Shown here piece by piece: positions 46,435 through 61,700 of a stretch of 64,000 nt of DNA. Under the pieces are notes generated by a model. That model was not told where the DNA came from, made no database searches, and saw nothing but the letters and a program-made list of their open reading frames with translations. The number at the start of each line of letters is the position of its first letter. Position 1 is the stretch's first letter. Source of the DNA: a virus. Its lineage: Duplodnaviria; Heunggongvirae; Uroviricota; Caudoviricetes. Location of the stretch: the IMG/VR virus record IMGVR_UViG_2703718775_000013; one strand, 5' to 3'. The position numbers and the translations under genes are program-made.

Positions 46435-49422
46435 ATGAGCTTAAGCGATCAGGTGGTAATGGCCACCAGCATAGAAACGCTGATCGAGCTGCTAAAGAAC
46501 CTGCCCGATTATGGGCGGGTTTCGTATGTGGTGACAGCGAAGGGAGACGAGGTAAAAACAGCGTTTGATATCGTCGATGCCTCAGCTATTTTGGTATCCA
46601 ATACTCTGGATGGGAAAATTAATCCTGACTATCCCCAGGAACTTCAGCCGCGCGACCGGACCCGCGCATCCAGCCTTCTTCAGGTTAACCAGATATCCAA
46701 AGATTTGCGGCCTGCTCAGCTTACCGATTCCGGATTATCCAGCCATGGCGCACCGATAATTGGTGAGGACAATGCAGTTGAGTCAGGTAATGGACGTACC
46801 ATGGGGATCATTAAAGCCTATCAGGACGGTAATGCGGATCGGTATCGGGAGTACCTGATTGAACATGCGACCGAATTCGGCATACGTACTGAAAAGGTTG
46901 AATCAATGACGGCTCCGGTACTGGTGCGCCGCCGGTTAACGAAGGTTGACCGCGTTCAGTTTGCCAAGGACTCAAATATTTCTGATCTTCAGGAAATGGC
47001 AGCCAGTGAAAAGGCTTTTGTTGATGCCGACAGCATAACACCGGCGATGATGGCGCTGTTTAATCCGTCAGAAAGCGGAGATCTGCTTAGCCGCAGTAAT
47101 GACGCGTTTATTCGCGGATTTATGACGCAAGTTGGTGCCACACAGGCGGCTGGCCTTGTAACTGAAGATGGGCGACCAACACGGCAACTTGTAGACCGTA
47201 TACAAAACGCGATCTTTGCCAAGGCATATAAGGATGCGCGCCTGGTAAGGATGGTTGCAGAAGAACCTGATCCGGATATGCGTAATGTTCTGACGGCGCT
47301 TAATGCGGCAGCCAATGATTTTGTCCAGATGCAGGCTTTATCAGGAGAAGCGCACAAGCAGGCTGTGACAACTATTGTTGATGGCATTGAGACAGCGGAT
47401 AGCCTCGATAAAAAGGCGCTGGCGGCATTGAAAGATGCGGTAGACCTGGTAAGGCAATCGAAGGAGTCAGGCCAGCATATTACCGATGTTATTGCTCAGG
47501 GGGATATGTTCAGCGAAATGGCCCCGGAAGTGAAAGCACTCGCGTTGTTCATCGTCGCGAATAACCGTAGCGCGAAGCGTATGGCCACCGCCTTTAAGTT
47601 GATGGCTCAACGTATCAATGATGAGTTACAGCACCAGGGCCAGGCGCTGGGGGATATGTTTGGCGGCGGCGATGTGTCGTTACAGGATATCCTTCGCCAG
47701 GTATCTCAGGAACTGGAAAACGAAGGTATGCAAGGGATATCCGGCGGTCTTTTCGAGTCAGCTTCCGGCGGTAGTTACAACGGTGTTGCTCCATATACCA
47801 GTTTGCTATTACATCGAGCATCCGGCATCAAAGACATTATTCATCTGATCAGGCTGCTTTCCCGTAAAGATCCCCAGGATGAACAGCTTGTACAAGTGCT
47901 TGCGCATTTTGTTCGAATGCCTGTTGCCGACGTGAAAAAATGGTGCCGATTATTCGGTATCAGCAATTCGTTACTTCGCGGCTTGTTAAATCACGCATCC
48001 TCCCTTGGGCGCGATGGCTTTGACGAGATAGCGCAGGCGATAAAAAACGGAGATATGCCACCAGCTATTGACTGGTTTTCCATTCGCCCAACCAGGGTGA
48101 AAGCATTCCTTAGCGCGGCGCATTCGGCATCACCATTGGCAGAAATGGTTCAGAGGTTGTCGCTCATATTCACAGACCATACCGCGTTGGGTGATCTGAC
48201 TCTGGACGAGATGAAAGAAGCCTCCATTCAGTGGGCCGATCAACAAAATGAGGTTAACTCAGACTTCTTGCCAGCATTCAGGAAGGCCGTTAGTAAAGCG
48301 GATGATGCCCGTGGAATTCTGAAGGCATTTAAGGCATTGCAAAGTCGTGTTAATAAACATGTCGGTGATATCGATGGGGTAACGGCGGAAGGCCGGGATA
48401 TCCTTAAAGAGCACGGCATAACGCCAGAGTTTATTGATGAGATCAGGACTGATATGCAGCGTGAGGTCGTATCGTCCCTGCAAATCGTAGCCAGAGCGTT
48501 GGCGGATGCTAATCCGAAGAGTGCGGCCATTGTTAACCGGGTTATTGGTGATATTGAAGCATCGGAGGGCATGGGGGCGCTGAAACTCTTCCTTTCGCGA
48601 GCGTTTAATCCTAACGGCAATATTCTCCCTGGCATTATTGGTGAGGCTAAAAAGTATGTCAGTGAAGAAGAACTTGAGCAGCTTGACCAACTACTTAAGC
48701 GATTCTCATATAACCCGCAGACACGCTGGCAAATGAATCAGCGAAGTATGGGTTCGGTCCACGAGAAAGTGTTATCTGCCATGAACAGTGCGATCGCAAA
48801 CTCATCCGTATCTGAAGAAAAAGCTCTTGAGTGGGCCGACTCTTTTATCACAGAAGAAGTGGAAGAAGCCCGCGCTGGACAGAATGGTGGGATAGACCTG
48901 CGCAAGGAACTTGCTGATATTTATCGCCTGACCGGCGGGAAAATATCGACCTTATCAAAGGTAGTTCACCACCAGGGAAGGGCATATGCAAATCTAAATG
49001 GTGTTGTTGCTGTCAATTTGAACGATAAAAATGCAAGTGCACTGTGGCACGAGCTGGGTCATCATCTTGAGTACAGTAACCCTGGTTTGTTAGAGAAAGC
49101 CCGGTCATTCCTGAAGGCCAATGTTGAAGGGGATAAGCCATCTTTCGTTAATATCGGTGGGCGTGGCAAGCCTGAATGGTGCTTCAGATCTCGATTGAGT
49201 AATATTTATATGGCGAAGGTATACCCGCCAGCCTCAGTAAGTAACACCGGGAAAATTCGGCAGAAATCACCGACTATTTCCAAAACGTCAGCAACGGAAG
49301 TATTCTCTATGGCTCTTCAGTTGTATCATGACAAAGAGGCCGCTGCCGCATCACTGATGAATGGTGACGGATTGCTGGAACTGTTATTAGGTGTGGCAAA
49401 GGAGCTAAATAATGCAGATTAA
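46435..49422 (+). CDS. ddrB: DdrB-like large antirestriction-associated head protein
   Basis: 995-aa ORF continuing the dar operon after the IS insertion; synteny and size. Confidence 0.6.
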   Translation: MSLSDQVVMATSIETLIELLKNLPDYGRVSYVVTAKGDEVKTAFDIVDASAILVSNTLDGKINPDYPQELQPRDRTRASSLLQVNQISKDLRPAQLTDSGLSSHGAPIIGEDNAVESGNGRTMGIIKAYQDGNADRYREYLIEHATEFGIRTEKVESMTAPVLVRRRLTKVDRVQFAKDSNISDLQEMAASEKAFVDADSITPAMMALFNPSESGDLLSRSNDAFIRGFMTQVGATQAAGLVTEDGRPTRQLVDRIQNAIFAKAYKDARLVRMVAEEPDPDMRNVLTALNAAANDFVQMQALSGEAHKQAVTTIVDGIETADSLDKKALAALKDAVDLVRQSKESGQHITDVIAQGDMFSEMAPEVKALALFIVANNRSAKRMATAFKLMAQRINDELQHQGQALGDMFGGGDVSLQDILRQVSQELENEGMQGISGGLFESASGGSYNGVAPYTSLLLHRASGIKDIIHLIRLLSRKDPQDEQLVQVLAHFVRMPVADVKKWCRLFGISNSLLRGLLNHASSLGRDGFDEIAQAIKNGDMPPAIDWFSIRPTRVKAFLSAAHSASPLAEMVQRLSLIFTDHTALGDLTLDEMKEASIQWADQQNEVNSDFLPAFRKAVSKADDARGILKAFKALQSRVNKHVGDIDGVTAEGRDILKEHGITPEFIDEIRTDMQREVVSSLQIVARALADANPKSAAIVNRVIGDIEASEGMGALKLFLSRAFNPNGNILPGIIGEAKKYVSEEELEQLDQLLKRFSYNPQTRWQMNQRSMGSVHEKVLSAMNSAIANSSVSEEKALEWADSFITEEVEEARAGQNGGIDLRKELADIYRLTGGKISTLSKVVHHQGRAYANLNGVVAVNLNDKNASALWHELGHHLEYSNPGLLEKARSFLKANVEGDKPSFVNIGGRGKPEWCFRSRLSNIYMAKVYPPASVSNTGKIRQKSPTISKTSATEVFSMALQLYHDKEAAAASLMNGDGLLELLLGVAKELNNAD

Positions 49423-49732
49423 AATCGCAGCGCCATTAGGCGGAGATGCCATTATCGAATTTGATGATAATGAAGAAGTTTCCGGGCGTTTAAGCATTAT
49501 CTCCGGTGACATTACCGAGGACATGATCGCTGAAGCCATAGCTGGGGCAAATCCCAATAGCTATATGGGATTCGTTAACACCCTTGATGCTCCCGCAAGT
49601 GATGTTCTCCGAACGCTGCATCTTTACGCTGGCTGGTTTGTTGATTGGCCAGCAGTAGATGGTGGCGATGAGGATGATGATGACGATGAAGAGGTTTTTA
49701 GTGATGAAACAGTAAACCAACTCTTGTATTGA
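49412..49732 (+). CDS. small acidic protein
   Basis: 106 aa, overlaps ddrB end; C-terminal DGGDEDDDDDEE. Confidence 0.5.
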   Translation: MQIKIAAPLGGDAIIEFDDNEEVSGRLSIISGDITEDMIAEAIAGANPNSYMGFVNTLDAPASDVLRTLHLYAGWFVDWPAVDGGDEDDDDDEEVFSDETVNQLLY

Positions 49733-49935
49733 CAGGAATTGGCATAGAATTGATTGTTCAAATTTCATCCATCACATAGACGACTTCATGTTATTTGCCT
49801 GATAATTATGGCCTTAATAACCCATGTATATCTTTTGGGTTATATTCTTATCTTTAACAAGGTTATAAGAGCGACAATGATAAATTTATCACTATCGCTC
49901 TTATAACTCTTTGTTAGCTATAGCTTTAAACAAAT

Positions 49936-50223
49936 TTAGTTTTGAGGCAATGCAACAAAAGTCAGCTCTTGATCTTTGATTAATGCTTTTGTTTGTTTGG
50001 ATGTAATTCCCACTTTAGTTTTTACATCATTGTGGAGCTTCTTATACGCTTTTATTTCATCTGCTGTATATCGGAAGCCATTTGCACTGTTACTGGACAG
50101 TTGAAGTGCGATTACGTCATCACTGACACCCGCATCGCTTAGCTTAGCTATGCGGGTAATAGTGTGGCCTGCGCGAGTGTTTGGGGTGGATATTTTGTCT
50201 AAGAAATTGTTCAGTTTTTCCAT
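49936..50223 (-). CDS. small hypothetical protein (possible HTH)
   Basis: 95-aa ORF in AT-rich DNA with its own AT-rich upstream region. Confidence 0.45.
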   Translation of the reverse strand: MEKLNNFLDKISTPNTRAGHTITRIAKLSDAGVSDDVIALQLSSNSANGFRYTADEIKAYKKLHNDVKTKVGITSKQTKALIKDQELTFVALPQN

Positions 50224-50441
50224 TGTTTACAACCTCTTACTTGAGTTTATTGCCAGTAGAATTGCCACTATTCTTTTGCCTCAACGAATCACAATGTACT
50301 GGAATAAGAAACTATGAGCAATACTTACGCTTTGCGAATACAGAAGATGAATAATCAACTTATTACTAAAATGTTAATAATATTATTCTGTTACATAGTG
50401 TTCGCTATAACAATCGGGAGTTGAATGCTAATTCAATAAAT

Positions 50442-50468
50442 AAAGAACCCGCCAATTGGCGGGTTCTT
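50442..50468 (-). terminator. rho-independent terminator (bidirectional hairpin)
   Basis: AAAGAACCCGCCAATTGGCGGGTTCTTTTT, T/A runs on both sides, directly after stop of the 262-aa gene. Confidence 0.7.
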
Positions 50469-50469
50469 T

Positions 50470-51258
50470 TTAATCACTTTCCACTTCTCCCGTGGTGTTT
50501 TCTTGCAGTTCTGTTAATGCAGCACGACATAGGTTCCGGGCATTGGCTATAGCCACACTTTTGACTTCATCCGTCATCGTGCAGGTAATGTACTGATCTA
50601 GTTCTTCATCGCGGATGATGCTTTTGCCAATCAGAAACTGTATTTGCCAGAGCAGATCGGCATCCATAATCAGAATTTCTGCCGGGCCTTCAGGGCCAGC
50701 CGGGAAGGAAACATAAGACTGTTTGCCCAGGCCGACAACTCGACAACTTGCTTCAAGAATTGCGCGCTTGAGGTCTGACTTTATAACGGAAACAGGTTGA
50801 TTTTCACCAGTGATTACGCCGTTGACATGGAAAGGCATGTAGCTTGAAATTCGCTCTACTTTCCATACGCCAGCAAGCGATCCTTCATGCAGCACAATGG
50901 GGGTAACCGCGAGTTTCATCTCACCATATAACTGCTGGCAGATAGCTGGATTGCTGAATACATCCAAAGGTTCACACTCAAACAGCGGCGCAATCTGCAT
51001 GAGGTCCATCATGGTCATCCCTGGGGTACGAGCAGTAATGAATCTGCGCATACCAGTATCCATTGCGCTCCAGATTGCTACACCATGCTTTTTGCTCACT
51101 TCTTCAGTAAAGCCAAGGTGGCACATGATGGTTTTTTCGATAGCCAGATCAGAGATAGAAACCGTTTCGCCTGGCACTCCATCATTATTGACGGTCACTT
51201 CGACACTCTGGCCATTACGTAGGCGGTATTGAATGGTTTTAGTATTTTGTGCTGTCAT
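50470..51258 (-). CDS. hypothetical protein
   Basis: 262-aa ORF downstream of ssb on same strand. Confidence 0.6.
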   Translation of the reverse strand: MTAQNTKTIQYRLRNGQSVEVTVNNDGVPGETVSISDLAIEKTIMCHLGFTEEVSKKHGVAIWSAMDTGMRRFITARTPGMTMMDLMQIAPLFECEPLDVFSNPAICQQLYGEMKLAVTPIVLHEGSLAGVWKVERISSYMPFHVNGVITGENQPVSVIKSDLKRAILEASCRVVGLGKQSYVSFPAGPEGPAEILIMDADLLWQIQFLIGKSIIRDEELDQYITCTMTDEVKSVAIANARNLCRAALTELQENTTGEVESD

Positions 51259-51455
51259 AGTCTTTTCTCTGCTTAAAAACTGATGTATTGCGCCTTCAGG
51301 TTGGTTAGGAATGTTTTCCCACCAGCGAAAGCAATATCTCGGGGTGTTCTATTCGTTAAAAGCGCGTGCCATTGCCAACTTTGGCGTTTTTGAGCGAGTT
51401 CGTGCTTTTGTCGGCGTCTGGACCACCGCTTTTTTTTCAGTCGTTTTTTACACAT

Positions 51456-51944
51456 TCAAAACGGAATATCGTCGTCAAAGTCCATTGGAGGTTCGTTATT
51501 AGCGTTGCTCTGAGGTTTACCGCCACCACTGTATTGCTGGTGGTTTTGAGGTTGGTTTGATTGCCCCCAGCCATTTGTGGACTGTGAATCGTCGCGACGA
51601 GCGCCGATCATTTGCATGGTGCCGCCCTGGCTGACGATAATTTCCGTCGTGTAACGTTCTACACCGGCGTCATCTGTCCACTTACGGGTTTTAAGTTTCC
51701 CTTCGATGTAGACCTGAGAACCTTTTCGTAAATACTCACTCGCAATTTCAGCAAGTTTTCCGAACAAAACGACTTTATGCCATTCTGTTTGCTCTTTCTG
51801 TTGGCCCGTTTGCTTGTCGCGCCATGATTCATTCGTTGCGATGCTGAGTCTTCCGACCGCGCCGCCATTTGGTATATACCTGATCTCCGGGTCTTGCCCC
51901 AGGGTGCCAATCAGGATGACTTTGTTTACACCGCGTTGTGCCAC
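51456..51944 (-). CDS. ssb: single-stranded DNA-binding protein
   Basis: [30 protein letters not shown]...[33 protein letters not shown]...[11 protein letters not shown], collinear with E. coli SSB including acidic tail. Confidence 0.95.
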   Translation of the reverse strand: MAQRGVNKVILIGTLGQDPEIRYIPNGGAVGRLSIATNESWRDKQTGQQKEQTEWHKVVLFGKLAEIASEYLRKGSQVYIEGKLKTRKWTDDAGVERYTTEIIVSQGGTMQMIGARRDDSQSTNGWGQSNQPQNHQQYSGGGKPQSNANNEPPMDFDDDIPF

Positions 51945-51964
51945 TTATCTTACCTAATAAAATA

Positions 51965-51980
51965 AAATAATTAGAGCAAC
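51965..51980. promoter_or_regulatory. C1 operator-like site upstream of ssb (core ATTAGAGCAA)
   Basis: AAAATAATTAGAGCAAC about 25 bp upstream of ssb start. Confidence 0.45.
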
Positions 51981-52113
51981 AATGTATATCTTTGAAACGT
52001 AGCTAACAAGTGATTTGCATTATCCTGTGCCTTCTAAAGGGATCGAGTCAGTCGGTATTGGCTGTGAATGGGTGTTTGTCCTGGAGCGTAAAAAATTCGC
52101 TTATGAGGTCTTT

Positions 52114-52671
52114 ATGAAGGGAAAAACAGCCGCAGGAGGCGGTGCAATTTGCGCTATCGCGGTGATGATTACCATCGTGATGGGTAATGGCAATGTGCGA
52201 ACCAACCAGGCGGGGCTTGAGCTGATTGGTAACGCTGAAGGTTGCCGACGTGATCCATACATGTGCCCGGCGGGGGTATGGACTGACGGGATCGGTAATA
52301 CACACGGGGTAACGCCGGGTGTGCGAAAAACCGACCAGCAAATCGCCGCTGATTGGGAAAAGAATATCCTGATCGCTGAACGCTGTATTAATCAGCACTT
52401 TCGGGGCAAAGACATGCCCGATAATGCCTTCAGTGCAATGACAAGCGCGGCATTCAATATGGGATGCAATAGCTTACGGACCTACTACAGCAAAGCGCGA
52501 GGCATGCGAGTCGAAACGTCCATCCACAAGTGGGCGCAGAAAGGGGAATGGGTGAATATGTGTAACCATCTCCCTGATTTTGTGAACAGTAACGGCGTGC
52601 CCCTGCGAGGTTTAAAGATTCGCCGTGAAAAAGAACGCCAGCTTTGCCTGACGGGGCTGATCAATGAATAA
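52114..52671 (+). CDS. lyz: SAR endolysin (T4-lysozyme family), P1 Lyz-like
   Basis: From ATG 52114: MKGKTAAGGGAICAIAVMITIVMG (Gly/Ala-rich signal-anchor-release segment) then glycosidase core; 185 aa. Confidence 0.85.
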   Translation: MKGKTAAGGGAICAIAVMITIVMGNGNVRTNQAGLELIGNAEGCRRDPYMCPAGVWTDGIGNTHGVTPGVRKTDQQIAADWEKNILIAERCINQHFRGKDMPDNAFSAMTSAAFNMGCNSLRTYYSKARGMRVETSIHKWAQKGEWVNMCNHLPDFVNSNGVPLRGLKIRREKERQLCLTGLINE

Positions 52672-52918
52672 ACTCCGGCAGCTCCGCCGACTTTCGACAA
52701 TGAAGTTATCGCTGGCGGCGATAGTTTTCGACTCGATTTTCATGGCGGTATATGTGCTCAATGAGACGTGGCCACTGGAACCGCTATTATATGCCGGGCT
52801 TCGGCTGTGCCTGACATTTTTGAGCATGGCTGCAAGATTGATGCAGCAGAAAGAAACCGCTTCAGATTGCCCACGTCGCGCGGTGCGCAAATATATGGCA
52901 CGCAGACGAAGGCGATAA
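52664..52918 (+). CDS. small membrane protein downstream of lyz (possible lysis accessory)
   Basis: 84-aa ORF overlapping lyz stop, TM segment, Arg-rich C-terminus; followed by terminator. Confidence 0.45.
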   Translation: MNKLRQLRRLSTMKLSLAAIVFDSIFMAVYVLNETWPLEPLLYAGLRLCLTFLSMAARLMQQKETASDCPRRAVRKYMARRRRR

Positions 52919-52930
52919 TAGTTAACGATA

Positions 52931-52957
52931 ACCCCGGCAGCCGCCGGGGTTATTTTT
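52931..52957. terminator. rho-independent terminator between convergent lyz and pro operons
   Basis: ACCCCGGCAGCCGCCGGGGT hairpin followed by TTATTTTT. Confidence 0.75.
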
Positions 52958-52962
52958 GATGG

Positions 52963-55693
<2,731 letters not shown>

Positions 55694-55759
55694 TTAATTA
55701 GAATAATTCGCATCGTGTTTGAACGGAATTTAACACTAGTCACTTGTTAAGGATTACCA

Positions 55760-58700
55760 ATGAACAAGCTATCTATGGGGGTGTTTCGCTGTTCAAGTGT
55801 CAGCGAAATATTGAAATACATTAGGGCAATAACATCTCACCGAGCGCCGATTAAATACGGCGTGGAAAAGGTGGAAGGCAAAAGCTATGACCGACTGCGC
55901 CGGGAGGCGAATCAGAAGGCGATAGATTTGCTTAATTCACTGGTGGACGGCGCGACACTGACAGATGAACAGCGCCAGATCCTGGCTGGGTACACCGGTG
56001 AAGGCGGCATTGGCGGGTCCGTCTCCGAATATTACACACCAAAGCCGATCGCTGAAGGTGTCTGGGAGATCATGAAGCTCTACGGCGCGGACGTAGGTAA
56101 CACTCTGGAACCATCGGCGGGCACCGGCGTTTTTAATGAGACAAAACCGGTTGGTACGGTGATGACTGCGACTGAGATCAGCAGTGTTTCCGGTCGTATA
56201 AACCAGTTGTTACACCCGGAAGACAGCGTACAGATTTCCCCGTTCGAACAGCTGGCTATAAGCACACCTAACGATTCATTCGACCATGTTGTGGGTAACG
56301 TTCCGTTCGGCGGTCGTGATAACACACGCAACATCGATAAGCCTTACGCAGAAGAAACGGACATGGGTTCTTACTTCATGCTCCGCATGCTGGACAAGAT
56401 AAAGCCAGGCGGATTCATGTGCGTGATTGTGCCGCCGTCCATTGTTTCAGGTTCAAACATGAAGCGGTTACGCCTGCGCCTATCACGGAAAGCAGAATTT
56501 CTTGGTGCCCACCGCTTGCCTACCGGTACTTTTGACGCAAACGGGACCAGTACGGTCGTAGATGTGGTGCTGATGCGCAAACATCCGGCAGAGATGGCTG
56601 AGAAAATCCCCCTGGTGGATGAAAGCACTCTTGAATCAGCAAATGTGCTTTGGCCAACGTTTATTTCTGGCAAGTGGTTTGAAAAGGATGGCCGCCGGTT
56701 TGTTCATGGCACCCAAGAAAAGGGCTTCCGGGGGCGTATTGAGGTTCGTGCCGACGGTCAGATTGATAACCAGGCTCTTAAAGCGAAGCTGATTCATCGT
56801 TTCGAAAGCCGTATCGACTGGTCTTTGCTCGATATGGCTGAACCGTCACCGACCGCAGACGTTGTTGGTGAAGGGGAAATGCGCCTGATTAATGGCGTAT
56901 GGCAAAAATATGCTGGTGGTCGCTGGATTGAAGCTGATGCCGGGAAGGAACTTAAGATCGATGCTGCCAGTTATGGCGCGGATAGCTGGGAGGCTCTTCA
57001 GCGTAACCTGACTACAACAGAAGGCCGTCTCGGCATGACATTTACCCAGATGGCAAATGTCCGCGATAAGTACACCACATCAATCAGCGACGATATGGTG
57101 CAGCTGGTGGACTGGATTAACAGCCAGCCTGAAAAATACCGTGAACGCTTGTATCGCGGGGCGATGATTGGCCGGATGTTAATTGAATATCAGGACATGA
57201 AGGCCGCCGGGCATAGTGCTGAACAAATCGAACAGCAGCGCCTTTCTCTGGTATCCCGTTTGCAGGCAGAGATTGACCGTTTTGGTAACCCCGGTCGCGG
57301 TCCGATAGCGAAATTATCGGGGAGCGGTGCGCGCGCCTGGTTTGCTTTCCGTGGTGCAATTAAGCTGGATGGCACTATTTCTGACGAGCTGACAGGAAAA
57401 CTGGTTACGCATGATTCCAGCGCCAGTTATGACTCCACCAGCTATCAGGACACCCTGCGTTATCTCTACAGTGATCTCACTCGCGATCCAATCCAGCTCG
57501 ATGATTTCCGCCTTGCGTTTACCGGCGAACTGCCAGCCAGTGATGATGAGTTGCTTAATTTATTGGCCAGCACCCCTGGCATTGCGGTTTCACCGTATGG
57601 CGGGATTGTTCCGTTCGCCCGCGCCACCAGCGGCGACATTAACGAGATAGTGGCTCCAAAACAGGAATTCCTCGCCACGCTCCCCGACGGTCCAGTAAAG
57701 AACAACGTCCTTAATCAGCTGGCAGCGATCGAAGAGAAGCGCATCAAGACGCCAGCAGAGAATATCCGCTTTAAGCTCAATAGCCGTTGGTTCGACCGCT
57801 CCGTCATTCTGGAGTTTTTGCAGGAAAACGGCTATCCGGATCTGCGCTATGTGCAGTCAGTGCAGCTGGAAGGCGACGAAATGGTTTCTGACACCTATCA
57901 CGGTGGTGATGGTCTGTTCGTCGGGCACCGATACGGTGTCGTCCAGCGCAAGGATAAAGAAACAGGCGAGATCCGCTACGAGTGGGACCGTAAATCAGGT
58001 GAAAACGCGACCGGGTTCCCGGCACAACTGGAAAAGTATCTCAATGGTGCGCGTATCGGTGGCAAAGATAGCGCGACGGCGAACGGCTACCGCGAGCAGA
58101 TGGCACTGCTTGAGGACCAGTTCAATAAGTGGATCAAGACGCACGATCGCTACGATGAGCTGGTTGCCAAATACAACGATGTGTTCAATAGCAATATCCC
58201 GTATGAACACTCTGGCGATCCGCTTGGGTTGAAGGGATTAAGCGGTAAGCGCCAGCCATTTGATTACCAGAATAGCGAGGTGCGCCGACTGTCCGAAGAT
58301 GGGCGCGGCATCCTGGGCTTCGGCACCGGGCTGGGTAAAACCACGACCGCGCTGGCGCTTGAGGCGTTCAACTATGAGAACGGTCGCTCCACCCGTACTG
58401 CTTATGTAGTGCCTAAAGCAGTGCTGGAAAACTGGTATTACGAAGCAAAAGAGTTCCTGAGTGAAGAGGCATTCAGTAACTACCTGTTCGTCGGTCTTGA
58501 TGTGCTGATGGATGGCGATCAGATTCGCCAGGTGCCGGTGCTCGATGAGAACGGTAAACCTGTTCTTGGTACTGATGGCACTCCAGTTATGCGCGATGCT
58601 CTTAAGCTGGCAGATGAAGCCACTATCACGGCGCGGATGAACGCGATCCCGCACTCAAATTACCGTGCAGTCGTGTTTACCAAAGAACAATACGCCCGCA

Positions 58701-61700
58701 TTCCGCTACGTGATGACACCGTAGATGAGCATGCACAAGACATGCTTTATGACTTCGTTGCCGCCGGGCGCGTAGCCAGCGCAATGGATTCCGACTCCCA
58801 TCGTAAAGAGGCGGCGCGTCGCTGGGTATTGTCGGAGTATTCAGATACCGGTACCGAAAAAGCAGAGAAGTATCCGTACTTTGAGGATATGGGCTTCGAT
58901 AGTGTGATCGCCGACGAAGGTCACAACTACCGCAATAGCTATAAAAATGGTCGCGAAGCGTCACAACTGGCCTATCTGCCCACCAGCGCGGTGGCGCAAT
59001 CGGCGCGGGATATGGCAATCAAAAACGCGTACCTGATGAAAAAGAATGGCGGGCGCGGGCCGGTTCTCCTGACTGCAACGCCAGTCGTTAACACCCCGAT
59101 CGATGCATACAACATGCTTTCTCATGTTCTGCCGAAGGAATACTGGCAGAAGATGGGGATCTACGGTCCTGATGACTTCGTTAAATTCTTCGGCAAGACC
59201 AGGCTGGAAACGGTACAGAAAATCAGCGGTGAAGTTGAAGAAAAAATGGCGCTGGTGGGCTTTGAAAACCTTGATGCGCTGCGCGGTATATTCCATCGCT
59301 GGGTAACGCTTAAAACGGCGGAAGACGTTAAGGATACCGTGGAGATCCCGGAGCTGGACGAACACCAGCAGGATGCACCACTTACTGAAGAACAACTGGC
59401 GGCGTATGAAGAATTGCGTCAGCAGGCGGAAGCGGCGGCCAAAGCCAACAATGGCGTAACGACCTCGGTCAATGAAGACGGCGTGATTGAGCACGAGAAA
59501 GCCCGTCCGATCTTCTCAATAATCAGGGATATGGACCGCGTATGTACTGACATGGACCTGTACTATCGCCGGATCACCTATCGTTTCCTGCCGGAGTACG
59601 CAGATGCGGTGCAGCAGCTGGCGGACAGTTTGCCTAAACAAGCCACCAGCGAAGACGACGACAGTGATGATTCAATCACGCAGCAATCGCAATACTCCCT
59701 GATAGATAAGGGCGAGTTTATTCAGTTGCAGGTTCCGGAAGCGTTCGAGCAGGAAGTGAATAAGCGCCTGGCCAGGTTTGGCATTGACGAACAGACCGTA
59801 ACTCACCCCGTTACGCCCAAATACGCGAAGCTGATTGCCACGCTGAAGGAGTTTTTCCCGGAAGGTAAGCAAATCATCTTCACCGATGAAAAAACGCAGC
59901 ACCAGAAGCTCAAGCGCATTATCTGCAATGCTCTTAACCTTGAACCTTCAAAGGTGGGGATACTGAATGCTCAGACGGTTGCCGAGGCAGGTAAAACCGG
60001 TAAGAAACTGAAAGCGGTTAAACCGCCGAAAGAGCTACCGGATGAACCAACAGATGCACAGATAGCGAAATACAACGAGCAAATGGCTCTGTATGACGCC
60101 TATATCGCGCAGCAAAATGAAATGTCGCTGGGCGGGCTGGAAAAGATTGCTGCCGACTTCCAGGAGGGCCGGACTCCGATCATCATCTGCAACAAAAAGG
60201 CAGAGGTGGGTATCAACCTGCATCGAGGAACGACTGACATCCATCATCTGACGTTGCCATGGACACCAGCCAGTATCGCACAGCGTAACGGTCGCGGTGC
60301 CCGAGTTGGTTCCAACCGTGCAAGCGTTCGCGTTCACTACTACTGCGGCAAGGGTTCTTTCGATGAATACCGACTGAAGACGCTGAAGCGTAAAGCAGGC
60401 TGGATCTCCGATATCCTCCGTTCAGATAAGTCAGAAATGGAGAACGCCGACGCCAACGATATGATCGAAATGCAGATGTATACCGCTAAGGATGATGGCG
60501 AACGTCTGGCAATGATGCAGGTTCAAATGGATAAGGCGAAAGCCGCGCAACGCGCTCGCCAGAAAGAACAGGCTACTATCGACCTTCAGAACTACATCAA
60601 GGCGCAGCACGCAGCTGGTGAGGATGTGGAGGTGCTTACCGCTGAATTAGAGCGAAGAAAAGCGGAACTCGAAAAGACCACCGCCGACGTCGCCAAATTC
60701 AAACAGGCGGTAATGGCCAAAGCAGCTGATAACGCAGACTGGAAAGCCCGCTGGGGTAGCGTCCATCACACAGACCGTACGTTGTTAGCACAGTATCGCG
60801 CGTCGTTGAAAAGCGCCATTCAGCGCAAGGCTAATATCTCTCAAGCCATCTCCCGCTATGAGAAATTATTGAACCGTACTCAGAAGGCCGCGACGGATAT
60901 CAAACGCCTTCGCCCGCTGGTGGAGGATGCAATAAATAAAGGCATTCTGGATGTTGATCCTGACCTGGTTAACCATGCGAGTGAGTTCCTTATTATCGGC
61001 GATCGCTCATGGCGTGTAGGCCAATACTACGATTGTGCCGGTGATATCGTTCGCATTAAGTCGCTGGACTTCGACAGCCAGCGCGCAGACGTGGAGATTA
61101 TCTTTACCTTCAAAGGTACCAAATCGGGTAACTGGGATGTGAAGACGCTGGATAAACAGGTTGATGTAACTCCCGATGAAGATGCTGTTATGCAGAAAAT
61201 CAGTGGTGGCGTCTCCATCGCCGGGATTAACGACATCATTTCCTGTGACGATTTCTACCGTTTCCAGCAGCGCGGCATGATCAAAATCACTGACTCATAC
61301 GGCGTTCAGACTACAGAGTCAGGCTATAGCATTGATTTTGTTGGTACCTATACGGACCCACTGAAGCATGCGGTTTACCCGGATCGCCGTGACGGCGCGC
61401 TGAAGTCGTCAATTGCAAAATGGGTGCTTGGTATGATGTCTGAAGGGAATAACCGCCAGGTCCGTTTGGCAGAAGTATTCCTGACTGAACTGTTTGGCTC
61501 CAATTATGGCGATGTAATCGCGTCATATGGAGATACGCTATCCCCTGAAGCAATTCAGGAGAAAATAGCGGATGCGATCGCCAGAATGCCGGAGAAAACA
61601 AGCCAGGGGGCTACTCGTAACGGGGATTCTGAACTTGAGGTCACCAATGCCATTTTCGGTACCCATGAGTTCCGGGCGTCAGATTATGAGATCACCACAG

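Noticed and set aside
52015-52113. N-terminal extension of lyz from ATG at 52015
   Set aside because: SAR endolysin N-terminus (MKGKTAAGGG...) begins at 52114; extension has no counterpart in recalled P1 Lyz.
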